From an uncultured Candidatus Saccharibacteria bacterium (GTDB lineage Bacteria; Patescibacteriota; Minisyncoccia; Minisyncoccales; Staskawiczbacteraceae): DNA of 64,000 bases. The notes beneath the pieces are model-generated. The model worked only from the letters and a program-made list of their open reading frames with translations, was not told where the DNA came from and searched no databases. Of this stretch, positions 36,461 to 46,571 are shown in pieces. Within the stretch, counting starts at the first letter, position 1; each line of letters starts with the position of its first letter. Location: the NCBI GenBank assembly GCA_964479955.1, contig CAYZNK010000001.1, positions 144,091 to 208,090 on the forward strand, in the 5' to 3' direction. Both the position numbers and the translations under genes were made by a program.

Positions 36461-36925
36461 ATGGTCAAATCAATTAAAAAAATAGTGGTCACTTCCGGAT
36501 TTTTTAATCCTATGCATATTGGGCATATTAACTTGTTCAAAGAAGCAAAAAGCCTTGGGGATTTTTTAGTTGTAATAGTAAACAACGATGAGCAAGTAAA
36601 ACTAAAAGGAAGTTTTCCTTTTATGTCAGCCCAAGAGAGGTCAGAGATAATAAAGGCGTTAAAATATGTTGATGAAGTTTTTTTATCGGAAGATTTTTTT
36701 ATTGACGGAAAGGAAGTTCCAATTCCAAAATCTTTGCAGATAATAGCTGAAAGGTACCCCGGAGAGTTAATTTTTGCAAAAGGCGGGGACAGGGATATAA
36801 ATCATATTCCTTGGCAAGAAAAAGAAGTTTGCGATAAATTTAAAATAAAAGTAGTTACGAATGTTGGGGGAGATAAAATCCAAAGTTCTTCCTGGCTAAT
36901 ATCTAAGGTTGTCACTAAAAATTGA
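36461..36925 (+). CDS. Cytidylyltransferase-like nucleotidyltransferase (TagD/RfaE-II superfamily, HxGH)
   Basis: VVTSGFFNPMHIGHINLF HxGH motif. 154 aa. Confidence 0.8.
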   Translation: MVKSIKKIVVTSGFFNPMHIGHINLFKEAKSLGDFLVVIVNNDEQVKLKGSFPFMSAQERSEIIKALKYVDEVFLSEDFFIDGKEVPIPKSLQIIAERYPGELIFAKGGDRDINHIPWQEKEVCDKFKIKVVTNVGGDKIQSSSWLISKVVTKN

Positions 36926-38411
36926 AACAATGTTTTTGAAGGTCCAAAAATTTTTGTTTGAGAATATATCACTCAAGCAAACCATTTTTAAAAATACTTT
37001 CTGGCTGGCTTTGGCAGAATTAGTTTCCAGACTGCTTGAAGCGGTTCTTTTTATTTATATAGCAAGAATTTTAGGAGCCGAAGATTTTGGAAAGTTTGCC
37101 TTTGCCTTGGCAACTTCTTCAATATTTATAGCATTCTCAAGTATGGGGTTTTCTGATGTTTTTACCAGGGAGTTTTCTGGCTCAAAGGAAATTAAAAAAG
37201 AATATTCAGCTGTTTTAACCCTAAAGGTTATATTGGGAATTTTAGCTATATTTTTAGCTATAATTGCTTCATTTTTTATAACCACAGACCATACAATTAT
37301 GCTAATGATAGGGGTTTTGGCTGTTTTTTATTTTTTTAATGATTTTTTTCTCTTTATATATTCTTTTTTGAGAGCCTACCAAAAAATGGAATATGAATCG
37401 GCTTTTAAGATATTTAGGTCTTTGGTATTGTCGGCAGTAGTGCTTTTTATAATTTTTGAAAGCCCCTCTTTAAAAAATATCAGCCTTGGATATTTGTCAG
37501 CTAATATTTTTGCTTTAATTTTGGTATTAATCTTTTTCCATTTTAAGATTTACCCCTTAAAGCTGGACTTCAATATAAACGTTTGGAAAAAATTTTTAAA
37601 GCTTTCGTGGCCCGTGGGGCTTGCTGCCATTTTTGGAGCAATTTTTATAAATGCAGATTCTGTAATTTTGGGATATTTTAATCTTATAGTTGAAAACGGA
37701 TGGTATGGAGCCGCCAGAAGAACTGTGGCGATTATAATTATACCGTCATCTTTGGTTTCAATGAGTTTTTATCCTGTGTTAAGCCAGTTGTTTTTGGAGT
37801 CAAAAGCAAAGATGCAAAAGGTTTGGAATTATTATTTGGGCTCAATGATAATTTTTGCTTTGCCCGTTACCTTTGGAGGGGTGGTAGCTGCCTCTAAAAT
37901 TATTAATTTTATTTATGGGCAAAACTTTTCTCCTGCAATTCTTATTTTTCAAATTTTGATATTTATTGCCGGAATAAATTTTGTATACAGCGCTTATTCT
38001 ATAATGTTGATAGTTTCCAGACACCAAGAAAAATATTTGTTTATAAATATGACAGCTGCTTTGATTAATATTGTTTTAAATTTTGTTTTAATATCTCTAT
38101 ATGGTCCGTATGGGGCAGCTGTTGCGGCTGTGATTACTTATATTATCTTGTTTTTTATGGCAGTTTTTCTTCTACATAAATTTTCAATTATGACTACTTT
38201 TAACATATATCTATTCAGGATTCTTATTTTATCTGTTATCGCGACTGCAATAATGCTGATTTTCATAGGTATTCCAATTATTCAAAGCCTTAATGTTATA
38301 TTCTTAGTTTCTTTTGGAATATGTATTTATTTTGTTGTGTTTTCCGGCCTATATAAAACTTTTCAAAAAAAATGGAAATTGCCTCGATTAATATTGTTTA
38401 AGTATGATTAA
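36909..38411 (+). CDS. Polysaccharide flippase (Wzx / MOP superfamily)
   Basis: About 14 TM helices. N-terminal FWLALAELVSRLLEAVLFIYIARILGAEDFG is typical of Wzx/MurJ-type flippases. Confidence 0.8.
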   Translation: MSLKIETMFLKVQKFLFENISLKQTIFKNTFWLALAELVSRLLEAVLFIYIARILGAEDFGKFAFALATSSIFIAFSSMGFSDVFTREFSGSKEIKKEYSAVLTLKVILGILAIFLAIIASFFITTDHTIMLMIGVLAVFYFFNDFFLFIYSFLRAYQKMEYESAFKIFRSLVLSAVVLFIIFESPSLKNISLGYLSANIFALILVLIFFHFKIYPLKLDFNINVWKKFLKLSWPVGLAAIFGAIFINADSVILGYFNLIVENGWYGAARRTVAIIIIPSSLVSMSFYPVLSQLFLESKAKMQKVWNYYLGSMIIFALPVTFGGVVAASKIINFIYGQNFSPAILIFQILIFIAGINFVYSAYSIMLIVSRHQEKYLFINMTAALINIVLNFVLISLYGPYGAAVAAVITYIILFFMAVFLLHKFSIMTTFNIYLFRILILSVIATAIMLIFIGIPIIQSLNVIFLVSFGICIYFVVFSGLYKTFQKKWKLPRLILFKYD

Positions 38412-39258
38412 AAAACAAAATAATAAAATAATAGCTGTTACCGGAGCCGATGGGTTTTTAGGAAAAAAACTTTGTTTAAGGCTTGAAGAGCTTGGTTATG
38501 AAGTTTTAAGGCTTGACCTTGAAAATTTTGATGTAAAAAATAAAATAGAATTACCTCAAAACATAGACGTTATATATCACTTGGCCGCCATCAATAAGCC
38601 TTATTTATCAAAAGAAGCGCCCCTTGAAACCTTCAAAACAAATGTTTTGGGAACATTAAATCTATTGGAGGCTGTAAAAAATTACGGCGTTAAAAAAATA
38701 ATTTTTACTTCATCTGTATTCGTTTATAAGGACCTGCAAAAAACTAAAGAGAGCGATTTGGTAGAATATAACGGCATTTATCCTTATGGATTGGAAAAAT
38801 TGGTTTGTGAAGAATATATAAAGATATATTCTGGCTTGTGCGGATTTGATTATGCAATACTAAGAATTACTGGAGTCTATGGTCCCGGAATGTACAAAAA
38901 TCCTATTTATGACTTCATACAGGGATTTTTGAGGGGAGAGATTAACCTTTATGTAAATAAAAAATCCGTATATAATTTTGTTTATATTGATGACGTTGTT
39001 TCAGGGCTTATAAAAGCATTAAAATGGAAAAATCAAATTCTTAATTTATGTTCTGACAAAAGCGTAAAACTGACAGAAATTTATAATTTATTGTCTAAAA
39101 TGTTAAAAAATAAGTCCGAAGTTAGTGACACAAAAAATATTATTAAAATTAAAGGTAATAACAAAAAAATAAAAAAAATGGGCTGGAATCCAGCTTATTC
39201 TCTTGAAAAAGGATTAATTAAAACTTATAAATTTTTAAAAGATAATGAAAAAAAATAA
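38404..39258 (+). CDS. NAD-dependent epimerase/dehydratase (SDR)
   Basis: AVTGADGFLGKKL Rossmann motif and a YxxxK (YPYGLEKLVCEEY) catalytic motif. Confidence 0.8.
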   Translation: MIKKQNNKIIAVTGADGFLGKKLCLRLEELGYEVLRLDLENFDVKNKIELPQNIDVIYHLAAINKPYLSKEAPLETFKTNVLGTLNLLEAVKNYGVKKIIFTSSVFVYKDLQKTKESDLVEYNGIYPYGLEKLVCEEYIKIYSGLCGFDYAILRITGVYGPGMYKNPIYDFIQGFLRGEINLYVNKKSVYNFVYIDDVVSGLIKALKWKNQILNLCSDKSVKLTEIYNLLSKMLKNKSEVSDTKNIIKIKGNNKKIKKMGWNPAYSLEKGLIKTYKFLKDNEKK

Positions 39259-40360
39259 TTACGACAAAAAAGAATGGGCAAGCCCTTACAATGAGTTTAA
39301 TTCCATAAAAATTCTTTATTTCAAAGAGCACTTGGATGGGATAATAAAAGGCAAATTTTTGCCTCCTATCACTGTTGATACAGACCCTACCAATTTATGT
39401 AATTTTAATTGTATTTGGTGCAATGCCAAAGGATTCAGAAAAGAGTCGGCTTCCTCAATGCCCCGTGAGCATTTGCTTAAATTGGCAGATTTTTATAAAG
39501 AATGGGGGGTCAAATCAACCTGTGTGGCAGGCGGAGGAGAGCCAATGGCAAATCCGGGTTTTGCTGATTTTTTAAAAAGATTGCATAAAAACGGAATAAA
39601 AATAGGGGTAATATCAAATGGCAGTTTATTGGATCAAAAGAATGCAGAAGCTGTTGTAAAATATGCAAGTTGGTGCGGAATTTCAATGGATGCGGGAAGT
39701 AGCAGTGTTTTTATGAAAATAAAAGGTTTGAAAGACAAAACAATGTTTGATAAGGTTGTTGCCAATATAAAAAGAATGGTTGCTTTAAAAAGAAAGTTAA
39801 AATCAAACGTGGAAATTACTTACAAATACCTTTTGCATCCCTATAATGTTAAAGATATCTACAAGGCTGCAAAGCTTGCAAAATCCTTAGGAATGAATAC
39901 CTTTCATTTAAGGCCTGTTTGCTGGGATAATTTATATAATCAAGAGCATTCAGAGCCCATAAATTTTTCTGATTATACAGAGTTAATAGAGAAAGAAATA
40001 GAAAAGGCCAAGAAATTGGATGACAAGAATTTTAAGTTTTATAGCGTTAGGCATAAGTTTGGAGAAAATTTTGAAAGAAAAATTAATTTTAAAAAATGTT
40101 TGGCAACGCCATTATTGGCAACTTTTGGAGCGGATGGGAACGTTCATTTATGTTTCGACGTGAGGGGTAAAAAAGAGTGGGTGCTATGCAGTCATTATCC
40201 TGACCCGCGTAAAATTTTAAAAGTTTGGGGCAGTGCTCGTCATAAAAAAATTATAGACAGCATCAATGTTAAAAAATGCCCCAGGTGCACCTTTGGGCCG
40301 TATAACGAGATAATAGAAAAGGCGGTAATTGAAGACAAAATGTTTTTGGATTTTATTTAA
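39245..40360 (+). CDS. Radical SAM enzyme (Cys-rich C-terminal auxiliary-cluster region), putative sugar-modifying enzyme
   Basis: CNFNCIWC CX3CX2C motif and additional C-terminal cysteines (CLATPL, CFDVRG, CPRCTF). Confidence 0.85.
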   Translation: MKKNNYDKKEWASPYNEFNSIKILYFKEHLDGIIKGKFLPPITVDTDPTNLCNFNCIWCNAKGFRKESASSMPREHLLKLADFYKEWGVKSTCVAGGGEPMANPGFADFLKRLHKNGIKIGVISNGSLLDQKNAEAVVKYASWCGISMDAGSSSVFMKIKGLKDKTMFDKVVANIKRMVALKRKLKSNVEITYKYLLHPYNVKDIYKAAKLAKSLGMNTFHLRPVCWDNLYNQEHSEPINFSDYTELIEKEIEKAKKLDDKNFKFYSVRHKFGENFERKINFKKCLATPLLATFGADGNVHLCFDVRGKKEWVLCSHYPDPRKILKVWGSARHKKIIDSINVKKCPRCTFGPYNEIIEKAVIEDKMFLDFI

Positions 40361-40367
40361 ATCTTGT

Positions 40368-41438
40368 ATGAAAATATTTTACGCGGCTTTTAAATATGAA
40401 TATGGGAACGTTGAGCGCGGTTTTAGTTTTGAACATTATAATTTTTATGATACGCTGGTAAAAATGAATGGAGGAGAAAACAGCGTGATTTATTTTCCTG
40501 TTGATCAAATGTTAAAGGAGCACGGCAGAGATAGAATGAATAGCCTTCTTTTAGATATTGTTTTCAAGGAAAAACCGGATTTATGCTTCTTTTTTCTTGT
40601 TGGAGAAGAAATAAAAAAAGAAACAATAGGGGATATTACCAAAAAATCTGGAGCATTAACTTTAAATTGGTTTGCTGATGACCATTGGAAGTTTGATGTT
40701 TTTTCTAAGCATTGGGCCCCATGTTTTAGCTGGATTGTTACAACAGACCCTTTGGCTGTTGGGAAATATTATAAAATAGGTTACAAAAATGTAATACATA
40801 GCCAGTGGGCCTGCAACCATTTTTTGTGCAAGCCCTTGGATTTACCTAAAATTTATGATGTCACTTTTCTGGGCCAACCTCACGGCAATAGAAAAAAAAT
40901 AGTAAAAAAAATCAAAAAAGCCGGGATACGCATAGAGTGTTGGGGATGGGGATGGCCTCGAGGATGTGTTTCGGAAGATAAAATGGTTGAAATTTTTTGT
41001 CAGAGTAAAATAAATCTTGGTCTGACTAATAGTTCCTTTGAAGGACTCTTGAAGTCATTATTCAGAATATTTTTAAAAAAATCCACTGACAAAAAGATAA
41101 AGATTAGTAATCCTTTCCACTGGATAGGAAATTTAAAAATGATTTTGAATAAACGGAAAAATCAATTAAAGGGAAGAAATTATGATATTCCCGGATGCAG
41201 GTCTTTTTTGCTTACTCAGGATGCAGATGATTTAAAGAAGCGCTATCAAGATGGTAAGGAAATAGTTATTTTTAAAGATGATGATGACCTTATAAAAAAG
41301 ATAAAATTTTATTTAAAAAACGAGAAAGAAAGAGAAAATATTGCCAGAGTAGGGTATGAAAGGACTATTAAAGAACATACTTATGAAAAAAGGTTTAACG
41401 AAATTTTTAATATAATGGAATTAAATAAAAATGGATAA
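40368..41438 (+). CDS. CgeB-like / DUF3880 glycosyltransferase (GT1-like fold)
   Basis: CgeB-family architecture with a C-terminal GT-B half (YERTIKEHTYEKRFNEIF). Confidence 0.6.
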   Translation: MKIFYAAFKYEYGNVERGFSFEHYNFYDTLVKMNGGENSVIYFPVDQMLKEHGRDRMNSLLLDIVFKEKPDLCFFFLVGEEIKKETIGDITKKSGALTLNWFADDHWKFDVFSKHWAPCFSWIVTTDPLAVGKYYKIGYKNVIHSQWACNHFLCKPLDLPKIYDVTFLGQPHGNRKKIVKKIKKAGIRIECWGWGWPRGCVSEDKMVEIFCQSKINLGLTNSSFEGLLKSLFRIFLKKSTDKKIKISNPFHWIGNLKMILNKRKNQLKGRNYDIPGCRSFLLTQDADDLKKRYQDGKEIVIFKDDDDLIKKIKFYLKNEKERENIARVGYERTIKEHTYEKRFNEIFNIMELNKNG

Positions 41439-42294
41439 TCCTTTAGTTTCAGTTGTAATTACTGTTTATAATGGGGAGAAATTTATTAAAAGGGCCGTTG
41501 ATAGTGTTTTGCGCCAAAGTTATAAAAATATAGAGCTGGTTTTGGTTGATGACGGCTCAAAAGACAAAACATTAGAGGTGTTAAGAGAGCTTGAGAGACA
41601 GAATGAAAATGTTATTGTTTTGGTTAATGAGCAAAATCTTGGTTTTGTAAAATCATTAAATAAAGGAGTTGGGGCCGCAAATGGAAAATATATTGCAAGG
41701 CTTGATGATGATGACTTTTGGTTTGACGACAAAAAAATTGAAAAGCAGATTAATTTTTTGGAAAAAAACAGCGATTATGTGCTTTGCGGAGGCGGATTAA
41801 TAAAAATAGATTTTAATGGTTCAGAAAAAATAAGATATTTGTTTCCGGAAAAAGACCAGGACATAAGAAAAAATATTTTAGTTGATAATCTTTTTGCCCA
41901 TAGTGCCACGGTTTTTTTGAAGGAAGCTTTCTTGGGGGCTTCAGGATACGACCAGAATTTTGGATTTTTTGCAGATATGGATTTATGGTTGAAACTTGGA
42001 AAAATAGGAAAATTTTATAATTTTCCCGAATATTTCGTTTATTATTTAGATAAGGAGAGTGATAATAACTATAATACCAGAAATAATCTCACAAGAAGGA
42101 AATTTTTTTCTAACATTAAACTGAGAAGTAAATACAGGAAGGATTACCCCGGATTTTTCAAATCAATCCTTGTTTGTTTTGCAAGCTTTATTTATTCTTT
42201 TTTACCCCTTAGAAACAAATTTTGGAAAATATTATTTAAAACAAGGTCTTTGGTTGTCGGAAAACCTCCCTATAAATATTACAAACAAAAATGA
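41431..42294 (+). CDS. Glycosyltransferase family 2
   Basis: VSVVITVYNGEKFIKRAVDSVLRQSY...LVDDGSKD, with a DxD region. Confidence 0.9.
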   Translation: MDNPLVSVVITVYNGEKFIKRAVDSVLRQSYKNIELVLVDDGSKDKTLEVLRELERQNENVIVLVNEQNLGFVKSLNKGVGAANGKYIARLDDDDFWFDDKKIEKQINFLEKNSDYVLCGGGLIKIDFNGSEKIRYLFPEKDQDIRKNILVDNLFAHSATVFLKEAFLGASGYDQNFGFFADMDLWLKLGKIGKFYNFPEYFVYYLDKESDNNYNTRNNLTRRKFFSNIKLRSKYRKDYPGFFKSILVCFASFIYSFLPLRNKFWKILFKTRSLVVGKPPYKYYKQK

Positions 42295-43034
42295 CTATCC
42301 AATTTATCAAAAAAATATTTCCAGAAAGAATAAAGTTTTTAATTCGCCCCATTTATCATTTCTTTGATATAAAAATCAGCGAAGAGATTATAAGGGATTT
42401 AGAGGAATATTTTAATTTACCTCGGAAAAAGGTAAAATATTTTCTAAAAAACGGCCATAAATTAAGCGCTGATTTATGGAAATGTTTTAACCCAAAAACA
42501 GAAAAAGAAATCAGCGATTTTTATAAATTGAATCCTTTTTATGTTTTTGACCTTTTATATTGGCAGGGAACGTCGATGCAAAAAGAATTCAGACAAAATA
42601 TATTAAAATTGGCGAAAGGTAATGTTTTAGATTACGGGGCAGGAGCCGGAGATATGTCAGTCGCGCTTTTTAAAAGCGGATTTTCGATTGATTATGCGGA
42701 TTTGCCCTCAAAAACTTCTGACTTTGCAAAGTGGTGGTTTAACAAGCATAATTGTAAAATAAAAATAATTGATTTAGAAAAAGAACAAATTTCTCAAAAG
42801 TACGATACCGTTTTATGTTTGGATGTTATAGAGCACATTGTAAAACCAGATGAATTATTAAAGAAGTTTTCAAATTATTTAAACAAGGACGGAGTTCTTA
42901 TTATAACTAACTTAAAAGCAGACGTTTCAAAAGACGCCCCAATGCATTTTAAGATAAATTTTGATGCAGAAAAATATCTTAAATCTTTGGGAATGGAAAA
43001 ATCAAAAAAGCCGTTTTTATGGATAAAAAAATAA
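42291..43034 (+). CDS. Class I SAM-dependent methyltransferase
   Basis: VLDYGAGAGDMS motif I and VLCLDVIEH. Confidence 0.8.
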   Translation: MTIQFIKKIFPERIKFLIRPIYHFFDIKISEEIIRDLEEYFNLPRKKVKYFLKNGHKLSADLWKCFNPKTEKEISDFYKLNPFYVFDLLYWQGTSMQKEFRQNILKLAKGNVLDYGAGAGDMSVALFKSGFSIDYADLPSKTSDFAKWWFNKHNCKIKIIDLEKEQISQKYDTVLCLDVIEHIVKPDELLKKFSNYLNKDGVLIITNLKADVSKDAPMHFKINFDAEKYLKSLGMEKSKKPFLWIKK

Positions 43035-43948
43035 AAAAAATTTTAATTACAGGGTCTTCGGGTACTATTGGCACGCGGCTTTTTGAAAAGCTTTTAGAGG
43101 GAGGATTTGAGGTTATTGGTTTTGATAAAAGAAAGAATAAATGGCATAAAAGAATAAATGATTTGACAATCATTGGAGATTTATTGAATAAAAAAGATAT
43201 AGAAAAATTAACGAAAGACTTTGATTTGATAATTCATTTGGCAGCTAACGCAAGGGTTTATAAACTTGTTTTAGAGCCTAAATTGGCCCTAGATAATATA
43301 ACAGCAACTTATAACATTTTAGATTTTGCAAGAAAAAATAATATAAAAAAAATTATTTTTTCAAGTTCAAGAGAAGTTTACGGCAATAGAAAAAAGATAA
43401 CTGCGACAGAGAAAGAGGTTGCTTTGCAAACATGCGAAAGTGCTTATTCAGCCAGTAAAATGTCCGGTGAAGCACTTTTATATTCCTTTTCTAAATGTTA
43501 CAGAATGGACTATATTGTTTGCAGGTTTTCCAATGTTTTTGGCATGTACGACGATAGTGAAAGATTTATGCCGTTGGTGATAAAGAGAATGAAGAACAAC
43601 GAAGATATAAAAATATACGATAAATCTAAAGTGCTGGATTTTACCTACATTGACGACTGTGTGGCGGGAATAATAAAGTGCGTTGATAAGTTTGACAAGG
43701 CAAAAAATAATACTTTTAACATAGCATCAGGTCGTGGAGAAAAAATTTTAGATGTTGCAAAAGGAATCAAGGATAAATTAAATAGCAGTAGCAAAATTAT
43801 TTTGAAAAAAAATCTTCAGGGAGAAATTATAAAATTTGTTGCCGATATATCAAAAGCAAAAAGGCTGCTCGGTTACAAGCCGGAAAATTTTATTGGAAAA
43901 AGCATTGATAAAACCATTGATTGGTATAAGAAAAATTTATGGATGTAA
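43019..43948 (+). CDS. NAD-dependent epimerase/dehydratase (SDR)
   Basis: ITGSSGTIGTRL Rossmann motif and a YSASKMSGE YxxxK motif. Confidence 0.8.
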   Translation: MDKKIKKILITGSSGTIGTRLFEKLLEGGFEVIGFDKRKNKWHKRINDLTIIGDLLNKKDIEKLTKDFDLIIHLAANARVYKLVLEPKLALDNITATYNILDFARKNNIKKIIFSSSREVYGNRKKITATEKEVALQTCESAYSASKMSGEALLYSFSKCYRMDYIVCRFSNVFGMYDDSERFMPLVIKRMKNNEDIKIYDKSKVLDFTYIDDCVAGIIKCVDKFDKAKNNTFNIASGRGEKILDVAKGIKDKLNSSSKIILKKNLQGEIIKFVADISKAKRLLGYKPENFIGKSIDKTIDWYKKNLWM

Positions 43949-44862
43949 TAATTGTTTGCCATACTGAATTTGGGTTTGTTAGCGGAAAAAAAATAGTTTT
44001 TGATAAAAAAGCCGCGCAAGGGGTCACATCCGGAGTTTTAAATTTAGTAAAAATTGCAGAAAAATACGGAGCCAAAGTATCTTTCGCTGTGATGCCAGAG
44101 GTTGCAAGCCATTTTCCTCAGAATATAAAGCATGAGATAGGCTTGCATATCCATCCGGGTTGGCAAGAATTTAAAGAAAAAGATTATTCTTTTTTTGTGG
44201 GAGACGCTTATTTTAAAAAAAACTGCAGGCAAGATTCTGATTCAACGGCTCTAAGAGACCACTCATATCAAAGCCAATTTGATATGATTAAAACAGGCAA
44301 AAGTTATCTGAAAGAAACCCTTAATTGCGAACCTAAATTTTTTGTGGCAGGCAGGTGGTCTTTAAATAACGACACCATAAAAGCCCTAATTGAGAATGGA
44401 TTTGTTCATGATTGTTCTGCGGTTCCAAATTCAAAGGCGGGCCATCATAACTGGTCAGAGCTGCCAAGAATTTGCATGCCTTATAATCCTGATAAAAATG
44501 ATTATCAAAAAGAGGGGAGTTTGCCCATTTTAATGGTTCCTGTTTCCCAGTTTTTTCCGGCAGGAAGTGTTAATGTGGAATCATTCCCTTATTACGGGCT
44601 TTCTTGGCTAAAAGCCTGTTTTTTAGAATATTATAAACAGGGCGCTCCTTTGTTCCATATTTGCCTTCATTCTCCTTCAATGACAGATGATTATTTTATT
44701 TCTGCATTGGACAGTCTTTTATATTTTATTTCAAAACATAAAGAAATAAATTTCAGATTTGTTTCTGAAATTAAAAAATATCCGGAAAAAAAATATAAGA
44801 CCAATCTTGTGCCCTATATTTTAAATATCAATTCTAAAATTATAAAAAGATTATTTTTTTAA
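43939..44862 (+). CDS. Hypothetical protein, possibly polysaccharide deacetylase-like (CE4-like His motifs)
   Basis: GLHIHPGW and CHTEFG motifs. Sits in a glycan-cluster context. Weak assignment. Confidence 0.35.
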   Translation: MDVIIVCHTEFGFVSGKKIVFDKKAAQGVTSGVLNLVKIAEKYGAKVSFAVMPEVASHFPQNIKHEIGLHIHPGWQEFKEKDYSFFVGDAYFKKNCRQDSDSTALRDHSYQSQFDMIKTGKSYLKETLNCEPKFFVAGRWSLNNDTIKALIENGFVHDCSAVPNSKAGHHNWSELPRICMPYNPDKNDYQKEGSLPILMVPVSQFFPAGSVNVESFPYYGLSWLKACFLEYYKQGAPLFHICLHSPSMTDDYFISALDSLLYFISKHKEINFRFVSEIKKYPEKKYKTNLVPYILNINSKIIKRLFF

Positions 44863-45762
44863 GATTGCTTTATAAACGCCCTTTTCATCTATTTTATGGT
44901 AGGATTTTAAAAATGATTTTGATCCGGAAATATTTTTAAATTTATCTGCCACACCAAGATTTTTTATAATTTTATTTTTAATCCCGTTTTTTACCAAAAT
45001 TTGGTTAACAATGCTTCCTAGCCCACCCATAATACTGTGTTCTTCTAAGGTAATTATTTTTTTGATATTTTTCAATTCTTTTATTAAAAATTTTTCATCA
45101 ACTGGTTTTAATGTATGCATATGTATTATTTTAAAATCAAGATTATCTCTTTCCGCCAAGTTTGAAACTCCAAGGGCAACTTCCAAACAAGTTCCTGTTG
45201 TTATTAAAGCAATTTTTTTTCCGTTTTTGTAAACAACGGGCTTTCCTATGGAAATTTTTTTAATTTTTTGATGTGTTGTATTGCCTGATTTATCCATCCT
45301 CATATAGGTTGATTTTTTGTTGGCATAAGATTTTAACATAAGTTTTTCTGTTTCTTCTGGATTTGCCGGAGATAATAACACTAAGTTTGGCAAAGCGTTT
45401 AATATTGAAATATCTTCTATTCCATAATGGGTAAAATCATGCGGACCATAGGAAAATCCGGCTCCCATCCCAATTATTTTTACATTTAGATTTGGATAGC
45501 AGATGTCGTTTCTTACCTGTTCAAAACACCTCATTGTTGCAAACGGAATAATAGAATAAACATAGGGTTTTTTCCCTTCCAATGCCAATCCGGAAGCAAT
45601 TCCCATCATTGTCTGTTCAATTAACCCGCAATTTATGAATCTGTCTGGGAATTTTTTTGCAAAATTTTCAAACACAGAAAATCCAAGGTCTCCGGTCAGA
45701 AGATAAATATTTTTATCTTTTTCTGCTAACTTTTCCAGTGTTTTTATAAAAGCCTTTCTCAT
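44851..45762 (-). CDS. Transketolase, C-terminal subunit (pyrimidine-binding plus C-terminal domains) of a split transketolase
   Basis: GIAEQHAV-equivalent region (INCGLIEQTMMGIASGLALEGKKP). About 300 aa, directly downstream of the N-terminal subunit. Confidence 0.9.
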   Translation of the reverse strand: MRKAFIKTLEKLAEKDKNIYLLTGDLGFSVFENFAKKFPDRFINCGLIEQTMMGIASGLALEGKKPYVYSIIPFATMRCFEQVRNDICYPNLNVKIIGMGAGFSYGPHDFTHYGIEDISILNALPNLVLLSPANPEETEKLMLKSYANKKSTYMRMDKSGNTTHQKIKKISIGKPVVYKNGKKIALITTGTCLEVALGVSNLAERDNLDFKIIHMHTLKPVDEKFLIKELKNIKKIITLEEHSIMGGLGSIVNQILVKNGIKNKIIKNLGVADKFKNISGSKSFLKSYHKIDEKGVYKAILKK

Positions 45763-45764
45763 TT

Positions 45765-46571
45765 TTAGTTTTCAAGATTTTTTAAAAATAATTCATATTC
45801 TTCTTTTCCTGGAGATTTATAATGAGACTCCAATTTTCCCTCCATTGTTTTTATGCCCTTACCCTTTATTGTATCGGCAATTATAACATTGGGTGCGTCT
45901 TTCTTAAAAGGAAGATCTTTTAAAGTTTTTTCTATTTCATAAAAATCGTGGCCATTAATTCCTTTTACCTGCCATCCAAACGAAATCCATTTTTCTTTTA
46001 ATGGCTCCAAATTTAGAACTTCATTGGTTTTTCCAAGAGCCTGCAGTTTGTTATAGTCAATAATAACGGTTAGGTTGTCTAATTTATGATGGCTGGCAAA
46101 TAAAGCCGATTCCCAGGTTGTTCCTTCATCGCATTCTCCGTCTGAAATTAAAACAAAAATGCGGTGTTTTTCTTTATCTTTCTTTGCGGCTAAAGACATT
46201 CCAATCGCAATGGGAAGGCCGTGTCCTAAAGCTCCTGTTGAAGCTTCAATCCCGGGAACGGTTCCTTTTGTGGCATGTCCAGGAAGTCTACTTTTATTTT
46301 GACAATAAGTTTTTAACAAGTCTTTTGAAAAAAAACCTTTTTCTGCCAGCACAGCATATAGGGCGCTTACAGCATGGCTTTTACTCATTATAAACCTGTC
46401 TCTGTTTTTATTGTTGGGATTTTTGGGTTCAATGTTCATTATCTTAAAATATAAAACAGCCAAAATGTCAGCGCACGACAAAGCAGACCCAATGTGCGAG
46501 TCTTGGGAAAGATAATGCATGTTTAATATACTTTTTTTTATTTCTTTTAAATAATTATTCATATAAGTCAA
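45765..46571 (-). CDS. Transketolase, N-terminal subunit (TPP-binding) of a split transketolase
   Basis: GHATKG...GALGHGLPIAIGMSLAAK...ISDGECDEGTTWE TPP-binding motifs. Confidence 0.9.
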   Translation of the reverse strand: MTYMNNYLKEIKKSILNMHYLSQDSHIGSALSCADILAVLYFKIMNIEPKNPNNKNRDRFIMSKSHAVSALYAVLAEKGFFSKDLLKTYCQNKSRLPGHATKGTVPGIEASTGALGHGLPIAIGMSLAAKKDKEKHRIFVLISDGECDEGTTWESALFASHHKLDNLTVIIDYNKLQALGKTNEVLNLEPLKEKWISFGWQVKGINGHDFYEIEKTLKDLPFKKDAPNVIIADTIKGKGIKTMEGKLESHYKSPGKEEYELFLKNLEN